A stretch of 64,000 bases of DNA from Pristiophorus japonicus (GCF_044704955.1 NC_091979.1:319424001-319488000), one strand, 5' to 3'; positions 35,800-49,361 are shown, counted from the stretch's first letter. Notes: generated from the letters alone by a model not told the origin. Translations and numbers: made by a program.

Positions 35800-38600
35800 T
35801 GTATCCAACTAGTGCTAACCACACAACAGGGGAGCTAGCGGGCACCAAGTTTGTCGGATGGAGAACTGGAGGTCTTGCTGGAGGAGGTGGAAAGGAGGCG
35901 AGATGTTCTGTATCCACAGTGGGGCCGGAGGCCCTCCAGACACACGGTCAAAAGGAAGTGGAAGCAGATAGTCGTGGTGGTCAGTGCCCGGAGTCAAGCC
36001 CCGAGGACCTGGATACAGTGCCGCAAGAAGTTCAATGACCTCACATGAGTGGCCAAGGTCAGTGAATGCATCTTCAAATGCCATGTCTTCCCAACTGCAA
36101 CACGAGCCACACCCACTGACCGCAGCCAATCAGTGAAGCGGTTACAACGTGTGCTGGAACTTGATCCAGATGACTCTGTAGCCATGGTGATGTTGACTCT
36201 AAAACTACAAGAGTTCAATCAAAAGGAGGAAGCACTGAAATTAGTTGAACAAGCATTGCAGAAGTCCCCTGATCTTCCATATGTAACTCGTTACGCAGCA
36301 AAATTTTACAGAAGAGAAGGAGATGTGGAAAAAGCTGTGGAGCTATTGAAGAAAGCATTAGAAATTAGCCCAAACTCAACCTTCATACACCACCAAATAG
36401 GTCTGTGTTACAGAAAAAAACTATTTCAACTGATCAAATATCCAGGCAGCAAAGACCCTCGCAATGCTGCTTTTCAACAGAAAGCTGAGTTGATCAAACT
36501 ATGCAAGTACCATTTTGAAAAGGCATTTGAGCCCCGCCCATTAACATTTATTTGTGCACAACTGGATTTTGCAGAAATCTGTTCATTAAATGGAGAATAT
36601 CTCAAAGCAGAGGAGATTTACAGTAATCTACTGAAATTAGATGATTTTCATCCTGATAATAAGCAGGCAGTATATGCGCAGTTTGGGTTATATGAACTGC
36701 ATCACAAAAGATCTGAATCAAATGCCATCAGCTATTTTCTGGAAGGACTTAAAATCCAACGTGACACAGTGGAATGGCAATTGTGTCGCGAAAACTTGAG
36801 AAAGATTGCAACAAAACAAATTGACAGGAATCCCAGAGACAGCAAGGCCTTTGGTGTTCTTGGGTTACTGCACCAGCTGGATGGGGAGAAGTGTGAAGCT
36901 ATTGAGTGCTTTGAAAAGGCCTTGGAGTTTGATTGTGACAATGAAGAATATCTAAGTGCTCTTTGTGAATTACGCCTTTTTATCTAAATCAACGACTCTC
37001 CCAGCTAAAACTAAACACAGCGGGTAGAGTTTCTGCTTTGGGTGCAAATTGCACTTGAAGTTACGCTGGTTAGCTTACAGTTTAAGTTTCCACTAAATGC
37101 ATTTGCTTAATTACAAACGTAAAATCTTCCAAGAACCAGTGCAGTCAGTCAGTGTAACAGAATATAATCAGTTATTTTTTGCATTAAAAATATTCATTGA
37201 TATATTTAAGAGTGGCAATTGGTGCAGCTTTATTGATACAGCTGAAAATGGATGTAACCTGCAAAATTAAATATTTTTAGTCAGTCTTTCAGCTGTGCTT
37301 TACCTGATTTCAGGTGATGTAAATGGCTTTAAAATCTATACTGAACCAGTTATAAGTTTTATTGTTGTACACTAGTCAGACTTTTAATAATTTAAATATT
37401 TTTAAGATGTAAAACCTATTAAATTGTGCCTACTAGTGCCTGGGCACCTCAGAAAACCAGCTCAATTTGAAAACACCCACTGCTCAATTCACCACATCCC
37501 CATCACTCACCTACCAACAATCTCTCCAACAACCAACAGGCCTCATACCTCACATCCGTAGCTTCACTTCGCCCTCACACACTGAACTCCGACATCTCAC
37601 AGCTTGCACACTCAGCCAGCTATTGAATCATGACAGCCACATCAGCCAAACAGTTTGCACGAAAGTCACTGACACGCTTCCCTCTCTCTCACTGGACAAG
37701 GTGGCATACAATCAAATGCAGCAGGTGCTAACTGGAGGGGACAGGCGCGTTTGCATGTCCTAACACCCGTGGAGGAGGTGGTGCCGGCCTTTATTGAGAT
37801 GCCCAAAGTTGAGCAAGTGGCCAGCGGCAGGGCTAAAACCATCCCATTTTCCTCTCATCCCACAATCTGATTTACAAGCTGCAGATGGTGTAAGCATGTA
37901 CCTCTTACTTTCCCCTCACTTCCTCGCACCACAACTTATTCTTGTGCCTTTTTCCTTTCAGATACACAAGTGTTGCAATCTGCCCAGGCAGTGGAGGAAC
38001 AGCAAGAAGAGAGTGACCGTCACTTGATTTCACACTCACAGCCACCGGCTCAGATACTGACACTGCTATGTTAGAGGATAGATTAGAGGCGGGATCTGCA
38101 CGTGGTGAGACACCGGGCACGTGTGGGTTGCAGCCAGGGCAGGTGGCAAGGATAGCACAGGTGCCAGCTCACCGGAGGGCGAGGGCACAGACAGGTTTCG
38201 TTGCCGAGGACTCAGATACGGAGTTCGATGGGGCAGCCGACAGAGGAACGCTGATGGGTTTGCACAATGAAGGCTTGGTGCATTGGCAGGCCTGCCAGAA
38301 AGCCTGTGGTCAATGTCACGGAGCATGGAGGAGTCTTCACCAGCTTGGCACAGGGCTTTGAGCAGAGTTTGGAGCCCATCCTTTCCGGCATGGAAGTGGT
38401 GGCAAACTCTGTTCGCACACTTGTGGATCCAACCATGATGCAGCATCTGATGGCCAGTGTCACCACTTCCATTGCAGCAGAAGCAGCCATCCATCCTCTG
38501 AACTCTGCAGCCAACTAACCCGCCTCTGATCGGGCCCACAAAGACCCCAGAACATCCTGACTATACTCCCCCCGCATCCCGTCTCAGGTGATAGCCTCCG
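35800..38600 (+). mobile_element. Harbinger Myb/SANT gene remnant interrupted by an IFIT insert
   Basis: SDGELEVLLEEVERRRDVL..W.QI..VVSA...RTWIQCRKKFNDL, with a donor at 36058. The uninterrupted paralogue is at about 60590-61990. Confidence 0.8.
36119..37472 (+). pseudogene. IFIT: 5'-truncated IFIT copy (C-terminal ~290 codons plus ~490 nt of 3' UTR) flanked by a 10-bp TSD
   Basis: Nearly identical to 56110-57463. ACACCCACTG at 36109-36118 and 37473-37482. No promoter or exon 1. The frame is open to TAA at 36987. Confidence 0.9.
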
Positions 38601-38774
38601 AAACGAATGTTAATTGGGATCCTATTATGTAGACTTTATTGTCTGACTTCCTCTTTCATAATTGTCAAGAATTAATTCAGTCACTCAATAGCTCATGCAG
38701 ATCCTCATTGGAGGTTGATAGTGTAAATGCTAATACATTCTGAACTGGTTAATGTTAGTTTTGTGAGTTAAATT

Positions 38775-39320
38775 CTAATCAGCAGCAGCATTGGAGGAGG
38801 TGGCAAGATTTAAACAGCAGAGGAGAGACCAGTGTAGACCTAATCAGCAGCAGCATTGGAGGAGAGGCAAGATTTAAACAGCAGAGGAGAGACCAGTGTA
38901 GACCTAATCAGCAGTAGCATTGGAGGAGGGGCAAGATTTAAACAGCAGAGGAGAGACCAGTGTAGACCTAATCAGCAGCAGCATTGGAGGAGGGGCAAGA
39001 TTTAAACAGCAGAGGAGAGACCAGTGTAGACCTAATCAGCAGCAGCATTGGAGGAGAGGCAAGATTTAAACAGCAGAGGAGAGACCAGTGTAGACCTAAT
39101 CAGCAGTAGCATTGGAGGAGGGGCAAGATTTAAACAGCAGAGGAGAGACCAGTGTAGACCTAATCAACAGCAGCATTGGAGGAGGGACAAGATTTAAACA
39201 GCAGAGGAGAGACCAGCGTAGACCTAATCAGCAGTAGCATTGGAGGAGGGGCAAGATTTAAACAGCAGAGGAGATACCAGTGTAGACCTAATCAGCAGCA
39301 GCATCGGAGGAGCAGAGAGG
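38775..39320. repeat. 64-bp minisatellite, about 8.5 units, at a CR1-like 5' end
   Basis: Unit CTAATCAGCAGCAGCATTGGAGGAGGGGCAAGATTTAAACAGCAGAGGAGAGACCAGTGTAGAC. Only about 2.5 units at 62283-62445. Confidence 0.93.
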
Positions 39321-39329
39321 AGAAAGATC

Positions 39330-42300
39330 CAGCAGTGACATCACAGGACAGCTGGTAAATGATTGGAGCTGAGGCGGACCAGAGCGAGAGCGAGAGCGAG
39401 AGCGAGTGCTGAGCAACTCAACACAGGCTGAATTTGAAATAGTGACGTCAGAGTAAAAAAGCCAAAATGACGTCGGCACAAAGGAAGCAGCTGATTGGTG
39501 AGTAGCTGGTGAGTGTTTTTTTTAATTTAAAGTTTATTTCTCCCAGGTTAGTTCATCGTCTATTAAATATGTCTGTACAAGATGGTTTTTTAGACCAGTA
39601 TGTTGAGCAGTCTATGAGGGAACAGGCTATCCTAGATTGAATATTCTGCAATGAGATGACATTAATTAATAGTCTTGTTGTGCGTGGTCCTTCAGGGAAG
39701 AGTGACCATAACATGATAGAATCCTTTATTAAGATAGAAAGTGAAGTAGTCCAATCCAAAACTAGTATCCTAAATCTAAACACAGGAAACCAAGAAGGTA
39801 TGAGGAATGAATTGGCTATGATAGATTGGGAAGATTCATTAAAAGGCATGATGGTGGATAGGCAATAGCTAACATTTAAGGAACGAATGCATGAAATGCA
39901 ACAGTTATACATTCCTTTCTGGTGCAAAAACACAAAAGGAAAAGTGGCCCGACCATGGCTAGCAAAAGAAATTAAGGATAGTAATAAGTGAGGTTATCCA
40001 CTTTGGTTGCAAAAACAGGAAGGCAGATTATTATCTGAATGGTGACAGATTAAGAAAAGGGTAGGTGCAACGAGACCTGGGTATCATGGTACATCAGTCA
40101 TTGAAGGTCGGCATGCAGGTACAGCAGGCAGTAAAGAAGGCAAATGGCATGCTGGCCTTCATAGCAAGGGGATTTGAGTATAGGAGCAGGGAAGTCTTAC
40201 TGCAGTTGTACAGGGCCTTGGTGAGACGACACCTTGAGTATTGTGTGCAGTTTTGGTCTCCTAATCTGAGGAAGGACATTCTTGCTATTGAGGGAGTGCA
40301 GCAAAGGTTCACCAGATTGATTCCCAGGATGGCAGAACTGACATATGAAGAAAGACTGTATCGACTAGGCTTATATTCACTGGAATTTACAAGTATGAGG
40401 GGGGATCTCATAGAAACATATAAAATTCTGACGGGATTGGACAGGTTAGATGCAGGAAGAATGTTCCCGATGTTGAGGAAGTCCAGAACCAGGGGTCACA
40501 GTCTAAGGATAAGGATTAAGCCATTTAGGACCGAGATGAGGAGAAACCTCTTCACCCAGAGAGTGGTGAACCTGTGGAATTTTCTACCACAGAAAGCTGT
40601 TGAGGCCAGTTTGTTAGATATATTCAAAAGAGAGTAAGATGTGGCCCTTATGGCTAAAGGGATCAAGGGGTATGGAGAGAAAGCAGGAATGGGGTACTGA
40701 AGTTGCATGATCAACCATGATCATATTGAATGGTGGTGCAGGCTCGAAGGGCCGAATGGCCTACTCCTGCATCTACTTTCTATGTTTCTATGTTTCTATT
40801 CACAGAGGGGTCATACAAAGTTGCCAGAAAAAGTAGCAAGCCTGAGGATTATTGGGAGCAGTTCAGAATTCAGCAAAAAAGGACCAAGGGATTGATTAAG
40901 AAAGGAAAAATAGAGTATGAGAGTAAACTTGCAAGGAACATAAAAACCGACTGCAAAAGTTTCTACAAGTATGTAAAAAGAAAAAGATTAGTGAAGACAA
41001 ATTTAGATCCTTTACAGTCAGAAACGGGAGAATTTATAATGGGGAACAAGAAAATGGCAGAACAATTAAATAAATACTTTGGTTCTGTCTTCACGCAAGA
41101 GGACACAAATAACATCCCAGAAATGCGAGGGAACCAAGGGTCTAGTGAGCAAGAGGAATTAAAGGAAATGATTATTGGTAAGAAAATAATGCTGGAGAAA
41201 CTAATGGGACTGAGGGCCGATAAATCCCCAGGGCCTGATAATCTGCATCCCAGAGAACTAAAAGAGGTAGCCATGGAAATAGTGGCTGCATTGGTTGTCA
41301 TTTTCCAAAATTCTATAGATTATGGAACAGTTCCTGCAGATTGGAGGGTGGCAAATGTAACCCCACTATTTAAAAAAGGAGGGAGAAAGAAACCAGGGAA
41401 CTACAGACCGGTTAGCCTAACATCAATAGTAGGAAAAATGCTAGAGTCTATTATGTAGGATGTGATAACGGCACACTTAGATACTATCAAAAGGATTAGA
41501 CAAAATCAACATGGATTTGTGAAAGGAAAATTGTGTTTGACAAACCTACTGGAGTTTTTTGAGGATGTAACTGATAGAATAGATAAGGGAGAACCAGTGG
41601 ATGTAGTGTATTTGGATTTTCAGAAGGCCTTTGATAAAATCCCACATAAGACATTAGTGTGCAAAATTAAAGCACATAGGATTGGGGGCAATATACTGGC
41701 ATGGGATTGAAAATTGGTTAACTGACAGGAAACAGAGAGTAGGAATAAACGGGTCTTTTTCGGGGTGGAGGGCAGTGACTAGTGGGGTACCATAAGGATC
41801 CGTGCTTAGGCCTCAGCTATTCAAAATATATACATAAATGATTTGGATGAGGGAACCTAATGTAATATTTCCAAGTTTGCTGACAACACAAAACTAGGTG
41901 GGATTGTGAGCTGTGAGGAGGATGCAAAGACTCTGCAAGGTGATTTAGATAGGTTGAGTGAGTGGGCAAACACATGGCAGATGCAGAATAACGTGGATAA
42001 ATGTGAAGTTATCCACTTTGGTAGAAAAAACATAAAGACAAAGTATTATTTAAATGGTGATAGCTTGGGAAATGTCGATGTACAAAGGGACCTGGGTGTC
42101 CTTGTACATCAGTCATTGAAAGCAAACATGCCGGTGCAGTCAGCAGTTAGTAAGGGAAATGGTATGTTGGCCTTCATTGCAAGAGGATTTGAGTACAGGA
42201 GCAAGGATGTCTTACTACAGTTATACAGAGCCTTGGTGAGACCATACCTGGAATATTGTGTGCAGTTTTGGTCTCCTTACCGAAGAAAGGATATACTTGC

Positions 42301-42675
42301 CATAGAGGGAGTGCAGCGAAGGTTCACCAGACTGATTCCTGGGATGGCAGGACTGTCGTATGAGGAGAGATTGGGTCAACTCGGCCTGTCTTCATTGAAA
42401 CGTATAAAATTCTGATGGGGTTGGGCAGACTGGATGCGGGGAGGATCTTTCCCCTGGCTGGGAAGTCTGGAACAAGAGGTCACAGTCTCAGGATACAGGG
42501 TAGGAAATTTCGGACTGAGATGTGGAGAAATTTCTTCACTTGACACAAAAGGCATCAAGGGGCATGGGGAGAAAGCGAGAATATGGTGTTGAGATAGAGG
42601 ATCAGCCATGATCATATTGAATGGTGGTGCAGGCTCGAAGGGCCGAATGGCCTACTATTGCTCCTATTTTCTCAA
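39330..42675 (+). mobile_element. Deleted CR1 LINE with a second CR1 3' fragment nested at about 39988-40800
   Basis: KSDHNMIE, KSPGPD..HPR..KE, NYRPVSLTS, VVYLDFQKAFD and LEYCVQFWSP. The nested copy ends in a (TTCTATGT)n tail at 40778-40800. Confidence 0.92.
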
Positions 42676-42682
42676 TAGAGGC

Positions 42683-43265
42683 ATGACAGGGCAGCTCAGT
42701 CCCGTGGTATGCACACTCTGCCATGTGGGAACTCCAGGACACTTCCCGTGTCCTGGACAAACACATGTGTAGGAAGTGTCGTCAGCTGGAGGAGCTCGAG
42801 CTCCGGGTTTTGGAGCTTGAGTAGCAACGGGCATCACTGCGGTGCATCCGTTAGGCTGAGAACTTCGGGAATAGCATGTTTCAGGAGATGGTCACTCAGC
42901 ACCCTAGGAGTGAGCAGCCAGGGAGGAAATGGGTGACTGCCAGACAGAAGAGGAGGACCAGGCATGTAGTACAGGACTCTCCTGTGTGCATCTCGCTTTC
43001 CAATCTGGGTTCTGTTCTGAGTACTGGTGAGGGCGATGGCTCCTCTGGGTTCCAGAGCAAAGTACACAGCATCACGGGTGGCTCAGCTGTATAGCGGGGA
43101 GAAAGGAGAGAGGGAGAGCAATACTAGTAGAGGATTCGATCATTACAGGAGCAGAGAGGCATTTCTGCGGCTGCAGGCGGGACTCCAGGATAAAGTGTTG
43201 CCTCCCTGTAGTCAGGGTTAAGGATGTCTCTGAGCGACTGCAGAACATTCTGAGGGGGGAGGGTG
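42683..43265 (+). mobile_element. CR1 ORF1 remnant
   Basis: Homologous to 23869-24450 (atgacagggcagctcagtccc...). Confidence 0.8.
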
Positions 43266-43724
43266 TAAGTATTTCTAAATCTAGTTCCCCATTATACACA
43301 GTTCTTTGACTTCAGGATTTATAAAGAACAAAATACACACGGCTCAGGGTTTTGGATCAACGAAGATTTGTTCATGTATTGAACATACACACAATTACTG
43401 CCCAGTATAAATCCCTACGATTTTTATTGGACGGATTAACCCCAAAATACAAACCCCTATGAAAGGGTCATTTGCATCAGCACAATATGACATGGTTAAA
43501 CCCGTCCGCGGTTTGACTGTTACCTGTAAACTTACCCAGATTAAATCACAAAACCCTTCTATGATTTGACTGGAAACGTACAATCACCAATTCCCCGGCT
43601 GTCTGCTGAGGTTGACTGTAGGCCCAGATCTTAGTTGCAGCTTGCGTCCCGAAGACACACTGCTGTCTGTTGCTGTTTCGATACTGTTCCTGTACTGGCT
43701 TTCCCCTCGGAAATGGCTCATATT

Positions 43725-45945
43725 GGTAAATGATAAACCCAGCAATTACAGGCCAGTGAGTTTAACCCCGGTAGTGTGAAGCTTTGAGAAACAGTGATCA
43801 GGGACAAAATGAACAGTCACTTGGATAAGTGTGGATTAATTAAAGATAGCCGGCATGGATTTGTTAAAGGCAAATAGTGTTTAATCAACTTGATTAAGTT
43901 TTTTGATGAGGTGACAGAGAGCGTTGATGAGGGTAATGCGATTTCCAAAAGGCGTTCGACAAACTGGCACAAAATAGACTTGCCAGGAACGTTGAAGCCC
44001 ATGGAATAAAAGGGGCAGTGGCAGCATGGTTACAAAATTCGCGAAGGGACAGGGAACAGATTCCACAAAATTGCCACTCGTCCTGATTGGGGGCGGTAAC
44101 CTTCTGGGGCTGGGACTCCTTGTGCCCGGCTCGGGAGTCCCACCCGGGGTGTGGAATTTGGCCCTTCCGCCCCTCAACAGAGGTGGAGCGCCATTGGAGA
44201 TTGTTCGTGTCCGTGGAGGGGCGCTCCCGGGGCAGTAGGATGGCCCTGACTTCGGAGCCCAGCGCCCTGCTGGCAGCATCAGCGTCTCGTGTCTGCTCCG
44301 TTAGCACTGATGTGGCAGAATGTCCCTCAGGTTCAATTAAAGGGGAGGGCTGCTGTGTGCTCTGCAGTCCCGTTGGTGGCTGCCACTGGGCCAACAGGGA
44401 CACCCTCGACTGGGCCAACAGTGCGGCTCTCATAACAGAGCGCCGGGCTGCAGGATTGCGGTTCTGTCGAGGCGAGGACCACCATTGTCGGGCTGACAGG
44501 GAGTCGGGTAACAGAAAAATAAAGCGGCCCACGGCGCAAACGGCCTCCCCATTCGGGTGTAGTGTCGGCGGTGGATGTCCGCGGGTTCGCGACTCGTGAA
44601 GCTGGCGGTGATATCGGCCGACGCCATCCTCGCCGCCCGCTGAGTATTTTCCTCCGCCGGGCGCAAAGGGGTCAGCGCGGGGTGGTGACGGGTCCGTGTG
44701 CACGCCGATGGTATCATCGTCGTGAATGCGCCAGCCCGGGGCACAAATCGTGGGCCGCGCCGTTAACGGTACAACACCCCCAAAACCTCCGGGGCAATTT
44801 CCACGGGGGCACTATCGTCCTCTTCCCCCGGGCGATAACCTCGTTGCGTCCCATTAGTGTCCATTAGCGCGAATGGAGCTATAAAAATGGTCAATTTGGC
44901 CCTCAGAGATTAGTGGTTAACGGTTGTTTTTAGGACTGGTGGAAGGTACACAGTGCTGTTCCCCGGGGATCACTTCTGCGACCACTGCTTTTCTTGATAT
45001 ATAATAATTACTTGGACATGAATGCACAGGGCACAATTTCAAAATTTGCAGATGAGACAAAATTTGGAAGTATAGTGAACAGTGAGCAGGAGAGTGATCG
45101 ATTTCAGCAAGTCATAGACGGGCTGGTGAAATGGGCGGACACGATGCAGATGAAATTTAATGCAGAAAAGTGTGAAGTGATACATTTTGGTCGCAAGAAT
45201 GAGGAAAGGACATATAAACTAAATGGTACAATCCGAAACAGGGTGAATGAATAGTGGGTATGTGTGCACAAATTGTTGAAGGTGGCAGGGCAGGATGAGA
45301 AAGCAGTTACAAAGGCTTACGGGATCCTGGGCTTCATAAATAAAGGTAGAGAGTACAAAAGTGTGTAAATTATGATGAACGTGTATAAAACACTGGTGTG
45401 GCCCCAACTGGGGCATTGTGTCCAATTTTGGGCACCACACATTACGAAGGATGTGAAGGCCTTAGAGAAGCTGCAGAAAAAATGAACAAGAATGATTCCA
45501 GGAATGAGGAACTTCAGTTATGTTGGTCAACTGGAGAAGCTGGGGCTTTCTCCTTGGAGCAGAGAAGATGGAGATGGAGCTTTGATAGAGGTGTTCAAAA
45601 TAATGAGGGGTCTGGACAAAGTAGCTAGAGAGAGAAACTGTTCCCATAGGCAGAAGAGTCAAGAACCAGAGGAATCAGATTCAACGTGATTGGCAAAAGA
45701 ACCAAAGGTGATGTAAGAAAAAATGTTTGTACACAGCGAGTGGTTGGGTTCTGAATGCACTGCCTGAAAGGGTGGTGGAGGCAGACTCAATCTTATCTTT
45801 CAAAAGGGAATTGGATAAGTATCTGAAGGAAAAACAAATTGACGGTTATACCGGGAAAGGGCAGGGGAGTGGGACTACCTGAGAGTCGCCACAGGCTCAA
45901 CGGGCTGAATGGCCTTCTTCCATGCTGTAACCATTCTATGGTTCA
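43725..45945 (+). mobile_element. CR1 ORF2 fragments interrupted by a GC-rich MITE-like insert (about 44030-44905)
   Basis: NYRPVSLT and KFADETK..KFNAEKCEVIHFGRKN. The CR1 tail ccattctatg lies near 45935. The insert resembles the 2030-2730 region in reverse orientation. Confidence 0.75.
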
Positions 45946-46519
45946 ATGAATTCAGGTATAGACTGGGTGGTAAATGACAGGAGTTAATGTGAAGAGTCGA
46001 GGATTTGTCTGGTGCCTTTGGTTCGTATCCCTGTCAGGGTATATATATATTTTTTTTATTCGTTCATGGGATGTGGGCGTTGATGGCAAGGCCAGCATTT
46101 ATTGCCCATCACTACTTGCTCTTGAGCAGGTTATTGTGAGCCGCCATTGTGAACCACCGCAGACCCTATGATGAAGGTGCTCCCACAGTGGTTAGGGCGT
46201 GAGTTCCAGGATTTTGACCCAGCAATGATGAAGGAACGGCGATATATTTCCAAGTCAGGATGGCGTGTAACTTGGAGGTGATGGTGTTCCCATGTACCTG
46301 CTGCCCTTGTCCTTCTAGATGGATGGGGGCGCGTGTTTGGGAGGTGCTGCCAAAGAAGCCTTGGCGAGTTGCTGCAGTGCATCTTGTAGATGGTACACAC
46401 TGCAGCCACGGTGAGCTAGTGGTGGAGGGAGTGAATGTTTAAGGTGATGGAAGGGCTGCCAATGAAGCAGGCTGCTTTGTCCTGGATGGTGTCAAGCTTC
46501 TTAAGTGTTTTTGCACAGA

Positions 46520-49040
46520 GTCCGCTCCGTCGAGCAGGATGAGACGTGTTCGCGTTTCTTCTTCCAAAAGGTACACAGCGGGAGCTCTGTGATCACCAGC
46601 GACGTCTTCACAGCCTGACATGCTGAGGATCAGCAAATCCTTCTCTGCCGGGCTGTACAACGTCAAGCCCACAGACCGCGTGGCCTCGCAGTCTTTCAAG
46701 TCGTCTATCTCAGAGGTCTTAGACCACAGCGAGCGGGAGAGACTAGATCACCCGCTAACTCTGGACGAGTTGACAAAGGCTGTCCCGTCCCTCATGATGA
46801 GTAAAACTCCCGGAAGCGACGGTTTACCGGTCTAGTTGTATTCGGCTCTGTGGGACTGGATAGGCCCAGGCCTGCTGGAAGTGTACGGGGGTATGCTTCT
46901 GGCTGGCAGCATGTCAGAATCAATGAGGAAAGGCATCATCACCTTCATCTACAAGCAGAAGGGGGAAAGGAAGGAAATCAAAAACTGGCGGCCATTTCGC
47001 TGCTCAATGTGGTCGACAAGATCCTGTCAAAGGTCATCGCAAACAGGGTCAAGTCTGCTCGGGAGCTGGTGATCCGGCAGGAAGATCTCTGATAGCCTCG
47101 CGCTACTCAGGGATACGATCGCCGACGTGCGGGACAGGAGGGTGGACACCTGTTTAATCAGCTTGCCTTTGACAGGATATCGCACACGTACCTGATGGAC
47201 GTGCTCTCCAAATGGGGTTTGGGGAGGGTATCCGCAATTGGATCCAACTGTTCTACACAGACATCAGTAGCACAGTTCTAATCAATGGGCGGGAAACTGG
47301 AAGCTTTCCGATCAGGTCTGGAGTCAGGCAAGGCTGTCCCCTCTCCTCTGTCTTGTTTGTGTGTTGTATCGAGCCCATTGCCGAGTCCATCAGGAAGAAT
47401 GCGGGCATTAGGGGGTGACAATCCCAGGCAGCGGAGGCGTTCAGATCAAGACCTCCCTGTACATGGACGACGTCACCATCTTTTGCTCGGATCCACAGTC
47501 AGTCCGCGGATTGCTCACAATCTGTGACCAGTTTGAACTGGCCTCGGGGGCGAAGGTCAATCGCAGCAAAAGCGAGGCCATGTTCTTTGGAAGCTGGTCT
47601 GACCGATCCTTTATTCCCTTCACCGTGAAGTCAGATTACCTGAAGATGTTGGGAATATGGTTCGGAGCGGACGGGGCGTGCGTGAAAAACTGGAAGGAGC
47701 GTATCGCTAAAGCCAAATATAAACTGGGATGGTGAAAGTTGTGCTCACTTTCCATTGCAGGAAAGAACCTGGTCACGAGGAGTGAGGAGCTCTCGGTGTT
47801 GTACGTGGTGCAGGTCTGGCCCATACCCCACTCCTGTGCCGTGGCAGTCACCCGAGTCATCTTCCATTTCATCTGGAGATCGAAAATGGACCGTGTCCGC
47901 AGAGACATGATGTACAAATCTCTGGACAAGGGGGGAAAGGACGTTCCAAACATGGCCCTCATCCTGATGGCCACCTTTGTGTGCGGCTGCATTAAGCTGT
48001 GCATTGACCCTTCGTACGCAAACACCAAGTGTCAGTACGTGCTGAGATTCTATCTGTCCCCGGTGTTGCGAAGGATGGGTCTGGCCAGGCTGCCACGGAA
48101 CGCTCCGACCAGTTGGACCATGCCTCAGCACCTGTCCTTCGTGGAAAGGTTTTCAAGAAAAACACCTTTGACCACAAGGCCATAAAGCAGTGGTCAGCAC
48201 GCAAGGTCCTGGACGCCCTACAAAAGAAGGAGATGATGGATCCTGTCGGACGGTTCCCCGAGCAGACTGTCGAACTCGTTTGGCAGAATGTCTCATCGCC
48301 AGAGCTTTCATACAAGCACCAAGACGTAGCTTGGTTGACGGTGAGATGGGCCCTACCCGTCAGGTCCTTCATACACAGCCGGGGTTTCAGAGACACGGCA
48401 CTCTAGCCCTGAGTCGGCTGTGGTGCGGACGAGACTGACATCCATCTCTTTCGGGATTGCCCCTTTGCAAGGCAGGTCTGGAAGGAGATGCAGTGGTAGC
48501 TGTCGAGGTTCATCGCAAGCAGCTCCGTAACACAGGACTCTGTGCTCTACGGACTGTTCCCCGGGACACACACCGAGACAGACATCATCTGCTGCTGGAG
48601 AGCCATTAACTCGGTGAAAGACGCACTTTGGTCTTCCCAAAACTTGCTGGTCTTCCAGAGCAAGGAGATGTCCACGGCCAAGTGTTACAGACTGGCCCAA
48701 TCCAAGATCCAGGAGTACGTACTGAGCGTCACACTAAAGATTGGTGCAGTTGCCGCAAAGACATGATGGAGAAGAGGCACAGTTTAAGGCCCTTCCGCCA
48801 CGGTAAACCCAGGGTATGAAATCAGCCCCCCCTCGGGCTGTACTTGTTAATCTGCTTGTATACATAGAGCACCATGTACTGAAAAACACCTGTGTTGTGC
48901 CATGTATAATGAAAGTCTCTGCACTCTTTAGTAACTTGTAAAAAAATGTAAATGTATCCCCATCTGTTCCATGTACTGTTTTTTCTGCATAGTGCTACAT
49001 GTAACGTGATTGGTGATCGGTATTGAAATGTATCCTGGAA
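46520..49040 (+). mobile_element. L1/Tx1-clade LINE ORF2 pseudogene (5'-truncated)
   Basis: KTPGSDGLP, KGIITFIYK..NWRP, GVRQGCPLS, LYMDDV, SGAKVNRSKS and FIWRSK. Many frameshifts. Confidence 0.88.
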
Positions 49041-49159
49041 TCAAACAGGTTCGACCTTTTGGGCCAAGTGGTCTTTTTCAGTTGCTGAACCGGCCTATGT
49101 TTATAATCGGCTCCATGGCGTTCTGTGTCAGCACACAATGTTACTGTGTGACACCAGAA

Positions 49160-49262
49160 TTTCCTGAACAGGAATGTTGCTTCTGAGTTTCCATTTCTCG
49201 GTTTAGTTTCTATTCACTTTCAGGAAATGATTCATAGCGATTAATGACTGAACGGTATAAAT
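49160..49262 (+). promoter_or_regulatory. IFIT copy 3 promoter: consensus ISRE, second ISRE/IRF tract, two GAS-like sites and a TATA box
   Basis: TTTCCTGAA (49160-49168), AGTTTCCATTTC (49186-49197, a perfect AGTTTCNNTTTC), AGTTTCTATTCACTTTC (49205-49221), TTTCAGGAA (49218-49226) and TATAAAT (49256-49262). Confidence 0.8.
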
Positions 49263-49361
49263 GAGCTGAAAAACAACACTCCAAACATTCGGTCAACTCA
49301 CCATTGGAAGGACAGTTGGAGCTGACGAAAAAATTCAACACATTGTCCATCGATCAGCATT

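Noticed and set aside
30660-40895. Duplicated segment as a haplotig or assembly artefact
   Set aside because: The copies differ by distinct TSD-flanked insertions, VNTR lengths, many substitutions and different upstream promoters and introns. Long reads would still be needed to exclude it formally.
43264-43720. Possible solo LTR between CR1 fragments
   Set aside because: It starts with TG, but no matching CA end, TSD or second copy could be identified.
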